Of a stretch of 32,000 nucleotides of DNA, positions 16,609 to 24,592 are shown in pieces. The notes beneath the pieces were generated by a model. The model ran no database searches, had not been told where the DNA came from, and worked only from the letters and a program-made list of their open reading frames with translations. The first letter of the stretch is position 1; every line of letters starts with the position of its first letter. The stretch comes from Microcystis aeruginosa NIES-2549 (lineage in GTDB: Bacteria > Cyanobacteriota > Cyanobacteriia > Cyanobacteriales > Microcystaceae): contig NZ_CP011304.1 of NCBI RefSeq assembly GCF_000981785.2, positions 1,320,001 to 1,352,000 of the forward strand. The letters run 5' to 3'. The position numbers and the translations under genes were made by a program.

Positions 16609-17439
16609 TCATTGATGAATCGAACCATCGGGGAGAATTGTTCCCGTTAAAATTGCCCTGGTTAATTTCACCATAATACGCTTACCAAAGCCAATTTTTG
16701 CCCCGCGTAAATCCGCCGCCGACAGATCCGCCCCACTTAAATCCGCCCCGATGAGATTGGCTTCCTGTAAATTTGCGCCTTTAAGGTTCGCTTCGAGGAG
16801 ATTGGCGCGAAAAAGATTAGCTTTATACAGATTAGCTTTTTCTAGGTTAACTTTGTGCAGGAAGCTATCGCTTAAGTCGGCATGGCTTAAATCTGCTCCG
16901 ATGAGACTGCGACTAGAGAGATCTTTTTCTTTCAGGTTAGCCCCCTGTAAATCGGCTCCGTTTAAATCCCGATAGTGAGGGCGCCCAGTGCCATGATTGT
17001 GGACCTGATGGTTATTCTGGGAGTGGCTGTGTTGACTATGGGTTTGTTGACTATGGGTTTGTTGACTATGGGTTTGTTGACTATGGGTTTGTTGACTATG
17101 GGTTTTATGACTGTGGGTTTGTGAATTTTGGCCGGGTTGGCTAGGGTGAGGCTGATAGGGGGAGGCAGTTTTATGAGCGTGGGCGGGCTGTTTTTCAGTT
17201 TTAGGGGGGGAATTGGAGCGTTTAGGAGAATTTTGATGAATTTGCCGCAATTGTTCCCTAGCATGGTTAATTTCTTGCAGTTTAGCGGTGGCTTTTTCCA
17301 AAAGACGCTGATTATCTTTGGGAATGCGATCGGGATGCCAAATAAACACCAAATCCTTGTAGGCTTGATTGATCTCATCGAGAGATGCCCCATGATCTAA
17401 CCCTAAAACTTTATAGTATCGCTCCAATTCTTTCATCAT
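16609..17439 (-). CDS. J-domain protein with a His/Gln/Ser/Thr-rich repeat linker and a C-terminal pentapeptide-repeat domain
   Basis: The J domain is YYKVLGLDHGASLDEINQAYKDLVFIWHPDRIP, with HPD present. The linker is (THSQQ)n. The C-terminus has A(D/N)LXX pentapeptides (GADLSHADLSDSFLHKVNLEKANLYKANLFRANLLEANLKGANLQEANLIGADLSGADLSAADLRGA). Confidence 0.88.
   Translation of the reverse strand: MMKELERYYKVLGLDHGASLDEINQAYKDLVFIWHPDRIPKDNQRLLEKATAKLQEINHAREQLRQIHQNSPKRSNSPPKTEKQPAHAHKTASPYQPHPSQPGQNSQTHSHKTHSQQTHSQQTHSQQTHSQQTHSQHSHSQNNHQVHNHGTGRPHYRDLNGADLQGANLKEKDLSSRSLIGADLSHADLSDSFLHKVNLEKANLYKANLFRANLLEANLKGANLQEANLIGADLSGADLSAADLRGAKIGFGKRIMVKLTRAILTGTILPDGSIHQ
17031..17120. repeat. In-frame 15-bp tandem repeat GTTGACTATGGGTTT, 5 perfect copies (17031-17105) plus one degenerate copy
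   Basis: Direct reading. The reverse complement encodes QTHSQ per unit inside the J-domain/pentapeptide CDS. Confidence 0.95.
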
Positions 17440-17680
17440 CGAAGTCCTAATACAAGGATAAAAGCACTAATGGCTACAATTTCTCTGAGTCTTGTCGGAT
17501 TTTCTAGGAGAGGATTTCTTTTAGGATAATTTGACTCTGGGAGAGTTGCCATAAAATTTGAGAAAATGTCTGGTAATTAAGAAAATCTCATTTTTCTATC
17601 CTGTTTTGTGGTGTAACTGTATAGCACATAACAGCAAAATTAGCAAATTTTTGATACAAAACTTAATTTATGCTGTTGGG

Positions 17681-17763
17681 GATGATGAATTATGAATGAT
17701 GAAGTGGGAAGTGGGGAGTGAGGAGAAAAAAGCTGCCGACCGCCTCCTGCCTCCTGACTGCTG
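17681..17763. repeat. Composite heptamer array: GATGATG-AATTATG-AATGATG-AAGTGGG x2-GAGTGAG, junction GGAGAAAAAAGCTG, then CTGCCGA-CCGCCTC-CTGCCTC-CTGACTG-CTG
   Basis: Direct reading, 7-nt period on both sides of the A6 junction. It lies 37 nt upstream of the AI-2E transporter start. Confidence 0.85.
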
Positions 17764-17800
17764 TATGATAAAACTTGTCCCGATAGGATAAATCAAGGTT

Positions 17801-18838
17801 GTGAAATTTGGTCAGTGGTTGGGGTTTATCTGTTTAATAATGGCTCTCTATGTATTGTGGCAGATTCGACAGCTGTTATTATTGATTTTTATGGCGATCG
17901 TGTTTACCGTAGCCTTAAATAGATGTGTGAAAGGATTGCAGAGATTGGGGATTAAAAGGGGGTTGGCTATTTTAATTACCCTGCTGACGAGTCTAGCAAT
18001 TGTGATTTTATTTTTTATAATTATTGTTCCCCCCTTTATCGAACAGTTTCAAAAATTAATTGAACTTTTACCGCAAGCTTGGGATTTAGTCCGTAATAAC
18101 TCGATTCAATGGCGACAACAATTCCAATTTGATTGGTTGCCATCGCTGCCTAATTTAAGTGATTTAGTCCAGCAGTTACAACCTTTAGGAACCTTTGTTT
18201 TTAGTAACTTTTTTACTTTCTTTTCTAACTCAGTTACGGCCATTTTGCAATTATTATTCGTGCTGGTGTTAGCAATGATGATGTTAGTCAACCCCCAACC
18301 CTATCGACAAGCTTTCTTAAAATTATTTCCTAACTTCTATCGTCGTCGTGCTGAGGAAATTCTTACCCTATCGGAAGCGGGTTTGGGTAATTGGTTGTTG
18401 GGAATTGCCATTAGTTCAACTATGGTAGGATTATTCAGTGGTTTCGGTCTTTTGCTTCTACAAATTAATCTAGTTCTCGTTCATGCTATCCTAGCAGGAT
18501 TGCTCAATTTTATCCCTAATATCGGACCGACTGCTAGTGTGATTTTTCCGATCCTCATTGCTGTTATCGATGCACCTTGGAAAATTGTCGCTATTCTGAT
18601 TCTCTATTTTATTATCCAAAATGTCGAAAGTTATTGGCTGACACCAACTGTCATGGCTAAACAGGTATCTTTGCTACCGGCAATTACCCTAATCGCTCAA
18701 ATTTTCTTCGCTCAAATGTTTGGCATCTTAGGTTTATTGTTGGCTTTACCTTTGACGGTGGTAGTAAAAACATGGTTAGATGAATTATTATTCAAAGACA
18801 TTTTAGATCAATGGGATCACGGCCATAAAAAATCTTAA
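17801..18838 (+). CDS. AI-2E family transporter (PerM/UPF0118)
   Basis: 345 aa with about 8 TM helices. The conserved C-terminal region LLNFIPNIGPTASVIFPILIA...SYWLTPTVMAKQVSLLPAITLIAQ is typical of UPF0118 permeases. GTG start. Confidence 0.85.
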   Translation: MKFGQWLGFICLIMALYVLWQIRQLLLLIFMAIVFTVALNRCVKGLQRLGIKRGLAILITLLTSLAIVILFFIIIVPPFIEQFQKLIELLPQAWDLVRNNSIQWRQQFQFDWLPSLPNLSDLVQQLQPLGTFVFSNFFTFFSNSVTAILQLLFVLVLAMMMLVNPQPYRQAFLKLFPNFYRRRAEEILTLSEAGLGNWLLGIAISSTMVGLFSGFGLLLLQINLVLVHAILAGLLNFIPNIGPTASVIFPILIAVIDAPWKIVAILILYFIIQNVESYWLTPTVMAKQVSLLPAITLIAQIFFAQMFGILGLLLALPLTVVVKTWLDELLFKDILDQWDHGHKKS

Positions 18839-18856
18839 ATAACCTCGGCAAAAGTC

Positions 18857-19714
18857 ATGAAATTAATCATTATTACTCTCGTTATTTTATCTAATTTTTT
18901 TGCTGCTCTCCCAGCTAAGTCTGAAACGGTTCTAGAAAAAATTAAACGCACGGGATTATTAGAAGTAGCGATGAGAGAAGATGCCATTCCGTTTGGCTAT
19001 CGAGATAGTAATAATAATTTGCAGGGATTATGCTTAGATTTTATCCAATTGCTCAGAGAGGAACTAAGGTATAAATTAAACCTCCAGATCATCAGTGTCA
19101 AAATTTATAAATCAACTTTATTTAATCGCTTCCAGTTATTGGAAAATAAAACCGTTGATTTCGAGTGTGGTCCTAATAGTATCAGAAAAAATATACCTGA
19201 TGGTGTCAGTTTTTCCCGTCCTTTTTTTGTGACGGGAACTCAGTTTTTAGTTCGGAGTGATAATCAGAAAAATTTTAACTTTTCCTCGTCCTTAGAAGGT
19301 ATAAGTATTGGAGTTTTGCGAGATACCAGCACTCAAGAATTATTAAGACAAAAATATCCTCTTGCTACCTATCAGGAATTTCAAGGAGTGACGGGAAGAC
19401 TGCGGGGTATCCAAAGTTTAAGAAGGAATAGAATAGATGCTTTTGCTAGTGATGGTATTCTGCTAATTGGAGAAGCTGTCATTCTCGGTTTATCCTTAGA
19501 AAAAGATTATCAACTTATCCCGCGCAATCCTTTAAATTGTGATTATTATGGTTTCATTCTTCCCGCTAATGATCCCCAATGGCAAGAGTTTATTAATGGG
19601 GTTATCGTCACCAGTGAGAACAGAAATATTTTTAAAACATGGTTTACTGAAGTTGCTTCCTATTTTAGAGATACCTGGCAGTATTGTCGTAATAATCCCG
19701 AAAAATCCCAGTAA
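18857..19714 (+). CDS. Periplasmic solute-binding protein, family 3 (amino-acid-type SBP), with no ABC partner nearby
   Basis: 285 aa with a signal peptide (MKLIIITLVILSNFFAALPAKS). It has IKRTGLLEVAMREDAIPFGYRD...GLCLDF and DAFASDGILL, typical SBP_bac_3 features. It starts 18 nt after the AI-2E gene. Confidence 0.8.
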   Translation: MKLIIITLVILSNFFAALPAKSETVLEKIKRTGLLEVAMREDAIPFGYRDSNNNLQGLCLDFIQLLREELRYKLNLQIISVKIYKSTLFNRFQLLENKTVDFECGPNSIRKNIPDGVSFSRPFFVTGTQFLVRSDNQKNFNFSSSLEGISIGVLRDTSTQELLRQKYPLATYQEFQGVTGRLRGIQSLRRNRIDAFASDGILLIGEAVILGLSLEKDYQLIPRNPLNCDYYGFILPANDPQWQEFINGVIVTSENRNIFKTWFTEVASYFRDTWQYCRNNPEKSQ

Positions 19715-19726
19715 AACTTAACAATT

Positions 19727-21133
19727 ATGCCTAAAAAAAATGATTTATTTTGGTTAATTGGTTGCGCGACAATAATCCTGTTTATTTGCAGTGCCACCAG
19801 ACATATTTTATTTCAATCTAATGCTCTCGATCTTGGTTGGTTCGATCAAGGAGTTTACCTAATTTCTCAAGGTAAACCACCGATTATATCTTTTGTTGAC
19901 TACCATATTTTAGGCGATCACATCGCTTTTATTCTCTATCCTATAGCCTTACTTTATAAAATTTATCCTAGCGTTTATTGGTTGCTTTTCTTACAAGCTT
20001 TTTCCCTTTCTCTTGGTGCTTTTCCCCTCTGGCAATTGGCAATAGAAGCGGGATTAGAAGAAAAAAAAGCTTATACATTAGCCTTAGTTTATCTGCTCTA
20101 TCCCCTGATTTTTAATGTTAATCTCTTTGATTTTCATCCTGAAGTTATCGCAGTTCCAGCGATTTTTTGGACAATTTTGGCAGCAAGATTAAATAATCTC
20201 TGGGGATTTTGTCTGGGAATCATTATTATTCTCGGTTGTAAAGCAATTCTCTCTTTAACATTGTTGGGAATGGGTATCTGGTTACTTCTCTGGGAAAAGA
20301 AAAAAATCCCCGGAATAATTGCCATGATTAGCGGCATTCTTTGGTTTATTATCACCACGAAGTTATTAATTCCTCTCCTGACAGGAAAATCGGCAGTTAT
20401 TGAAATGGCTGATTCTCGATATAGTTATCTAGGAGATAGTTTACCAGCAATTATCTTTAATCTTTTCCTCAAACCCGATCTTGTCTTGGGAAAAATCTTT
20501 ACTGGCAATAATCTAGAATACCTAATCCTATTAATTATTCCCTTAGTTTGGGGTTTATCCTGGCGTTATTCTGCCCCAATAATTGCCGCTATTCCCGCAC
20601 TCGCTTTAAATTTATTGGCAGATCATGCCCCACAAAAAAACTTAACTACTCAATATTCCCTGCCAATTTTACCCTTTTTATTTCTAGCGGTTATCGCCAC
20701 TTTAGCCCATAATAGTAACTGGTTGAAGCAGCCTAAATGGATAATTACTTGGGCAATTATTGCCTTTTTTGCCTTAGCTAAATACGGCTATTTTTGGTCA
20801 CTATATTTAAATTCCCTCGATACTTGGTCCGCCACCCAAAAAGCTCTAACCCAAATTACCACCAGTGAGAGTGTCTTGACTACTTCTAGAATTGCCCCCC
20901 ATCTTACCCATCGAGAAATGATCAAATTAGCGATCGAAGGTTCCCAATCCCTAGATTTAAATCAATTTAATTATATTCTACTCGATCGCCGTCATCCCGG
21001 TTGGTCTAGTTCACCAGAACTAATTGATGATCACTTAAATAAACTCAATCAAAATGAGAACTTCCGGTTAATCGTTAATCAGGATGATGTGTTTTTATAT
21101 CGGGCCTTGACAACCCCTCAAGGAACAAAATAA
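19727..21133 (+). CDS. DUF2079-family polytopic membrane protein (GT-C-like)
   Basis: 468 aa with more than 10 TM helices. The N-terminal LDLGWFDQGVYLISQGKPP and DFHPEV motifs match what I recall of DUF2079. It starts 12 nt after the SBP gene. Confidence 0.75.
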   Translation: MPKKNDLFWLIGCATIILFICSATRHILFQSNALDLGWFDQGVYLISQGKPPIISFVDYHILGDHIAFILYPIALLYKIYPSVYWLLFLQAFSLSLGAFPLWQLAIEAGLEEKKAYTLALVYLLYPLIFNVNLFDFHPEVIAVPAIFWTILAARLNNLWGFCLGIIIILGCKAILSLTLLGMGIWLLLWEKKKIPGIIAMISGILWFIITTKLLIPLLTGKSAVIEMADSRYSYLGDSLPAIIFNLFLKPDLVLGKIFTGNNLEYLILLIIPLVWGLSWRYSAPIIAAIPALALNLLADHAPQKNLTTQYSLPILPFLFLAVIATLAHNSNWLKQPKWIITWAIIAFFALAKYGYFWSLYLNSLDTWSATQKALTQITTSESVLTTSRIAPHLTHREMIKLAIEGSQSLDLNQFNYILLDRRHPGWSSSPELIDDHLNKLNQNENFRLIVNQDDVFLYRALTTPQGTK

Positions 21134-22022
21134 TTTTTCGTTCCACCAATTCCAATAAATTTTCTTTATCGATGGGAAACCAGATAATATCAGCATCGGC
21201 ACGAAACCAAGTGCGCTGACGTTTGGCAAATTGACGGGTATGGAGGATAATTAAATCGATCGCCTGTTCTAAAGAAATTTCTCCGAGGAGATATTGCTTA
21301 ATTTCTGCATAACCCAAAGTCTGCAAAAGTGGCAAATCCCAACCGTATTTATCCCCCAAATTCTGCACCTCTGCTACTAATCCCCTGGCGATCATTTGAT
21401 CAGTACGAACAGTGATCCGCTTGTCTAAACTTTCTGGGGAACAATCTAAACCAATTTGTAAAATCGGATAAGTGGGAGGGTTTTCTCCCTGCTGACTAGA
21501 GATAGGTTTTCCTGTCAGATAAAAAACCTCTAAAGCGCGTAAAGTCCTGACTTGATCATGGGGATGAATTTTTTTAGCAGCCTCCTCATCTACCTGCGTC
21601 AGAATTTGATAAAGATAGGATTGTCCTAAAGCTTGTAATTGCCGTCTTAAATCCGGTTGAGGGGAAACCCTCGGTATTTTTAAACCTTTGACAATGGACT
21701 TGATATAAAGTCCCGTACCACCGACCAAAAACAGGGGAGAATAGTGGAGATTGCTGATTAAATCCTCAGCTTGTTCTTGGTACTGTGCTAGGGTAAAATT
21801 ATCCTGAGGATCACAAATATCAATTAGATAATGGGGAATCCTCTGACATTCTTCTAAGCTAGGTTTAGCAGTACCAATATTAAATTCTCGATAGATTTGT
21901 CGGGAATCGGCACTGAGAATTACTGAATTAAACTTTTCGGCCAATTGTAGGGCTAAACTCGATTTTCCCGTGGCAGTTGCCCCACAAATAACAATCAGAA
22001 TAGGTAAAGAGGAAGTAGTCAT
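21075..22022 (-). CDS. miaA: tRNA dimethylallyltransferase
   Basis: 315 aa with P-loop ICGATATGKSSLALQLA, then ILSADSRQIYREFNIGTAKP and LVGGTGLYIKS. Its last 19 codons overlap the 3' end of the convergent DUF2079 gene. Confidence 0.93.
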   Translation of the reverse strand: MTTSSLPILIVICGATATGKSSLALQLAEKFNSVILSADSRQIYREFNIGTAKPSLEECQRIPHYLIDICDPQDNFTLAQYQEQAEDLISNLHYSPLFLVGGTGLYIKSIVKGLKIPRVSPQPDLRRQLQALGQSYLYQILTQVDEEAAKKIHPHDQVRTLRALEVFYLTGKPISSQQGENPPTYPILQIGLDCSPESLDKRITVRTDQMIARGLVAEVQNLGDKYGWDLPLLQTLGYAEIKQYLLGEISLEQAIDLIILHTRQFAKRQRTWFRADADIIWFPIDKENLLELVERKIILFLEGLSRPDIKTHHPD

Positions 22023-22035
22023 CGATACTACATGA

Positions 22036-22063
22036 CAGTGAACAGTAATCAGTAATCAGTGAA
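22036..22063. repeat. Heptamer array CAGTGAA-CAGTAAT x2-CAGTGAA, which reads (CTGATTA)-class on the miaA sense strand, 13 nt upstream of the miaA ATG
   Basis: Direct reading. Confidence 0.9.
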
Positions 22064-22125
22064 AAGATAGGAATATTAAGCTAAGTAGGTAGGCGTTAAA
22101 AATTATCAGACATCCCCTCATCAAG

Positions 22126-22153
22126 GTAGGGTTGATTCATGAATCAACCCTAC
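22126..22153. repeat. Perfect 28-bp palindrome GTAGGGTTGATTCA|TGAATCAACCCTAC
   Basis: The reverse complement of the right half equals the left half. It is flanked by the direct repeat ATCAAGG (22120-22126 and 22156-22162). Confidence 0.9.
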
Positions 22154-22293
22154 TTATCAAGGGGGGATTAAGGGGGGATATATCTTCAATTTAATTATAA
22201 CCACTTACTTAAGACGCATTTAAACAGGGTATTGTGAAGCTGATTAACAGCTTATCAGCAAGAAATTAAGTTTGTCATTAATTTTCGTTGAAC

Positions 22294-22322
22294 AAAAAAA
22301 ACAGCACCCATCAGGATGCTGT
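22294..22322 (-). terminator. Rho-independent terminator of ftsH
   Basis: The minus-strand RNA is CAGCAUCC-UGAU-GGGUGCUG followed by U8. The 8-bp stem includes one G-U wobble, which would be a C-A mismatch on the other strand. It starts about 25 nt after the ftsH TAA. Confidence 0.8.
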
Positions 22323-22345
22323 TTGTCAAGAAAATGTTACAAAAC

Positions 22346-24199
<1,854 letters not shown>

Positions 24200-24350
24200 G
24201 CTGTCGAACTCCTGATAAATTGAGGATGATCTTATCGGTTGTTAAGGGGTTGTTAATTTATGTTAACGTTTCTCAGGAACAGTGGACAGGTTTTTTTTTA
24301 ATATGCCCGTTCTGGTCCTCAATGGGGGTTAGCTGTTGGGGGTTGGCAGT

Positions 24351-24394
24351 GGGGGAGCGGGGAGCGGGGGAGAAAAAAGCTGATAACTGATAAC
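24351..24394. repeat. Composite heptamer array GGGGGAG-CGGGGAG-CGGGGGAG, junction GGAGAAAAAAGCTG, then CTGATAA x2
   Basis: Direct reading. The 14-nt junction at 24369-24382 is identical to 17722-17735. Confidence 0.9.
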
Positions 24395-24592
24395 AAGGAC
24401 TGCATCCAAAACCTAATTTGTTCGGACAAGAGCTTTCATGTACTTAGTTTCTAGCCTTCTTTTTCGGGGGGAGAATTGCCAGATTCTTGACTGGGAGCCT
24501 TTTGAACCCCCCAAAAATTGATTATACAAGGGAGCTAATCAATGATAAAGTCTTGAAGCCTTTGTCAAAAATGAGCTTATTTTTTCGAGAAA

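Noticed and set aside
16751-17400. ORFs 16751-16975(+), 16962-17393(-) and 17128-17400(+) overlapping the J-domain/pentapeptide gene
   Set aside because: These repeat-driven open frames (the pentapeptide and 15-bp repeats keep all frames open) lack independent support. The J-domain frame has HPD and A(D/N)LXX motifs.
18106-20358. ORFs 18106-18291(-), 19539-19721(+) and 20134-20358(-)
   Set aside because: They are shadow or alternative frames inside the AI-2E, SBP and DUF2079 genes.
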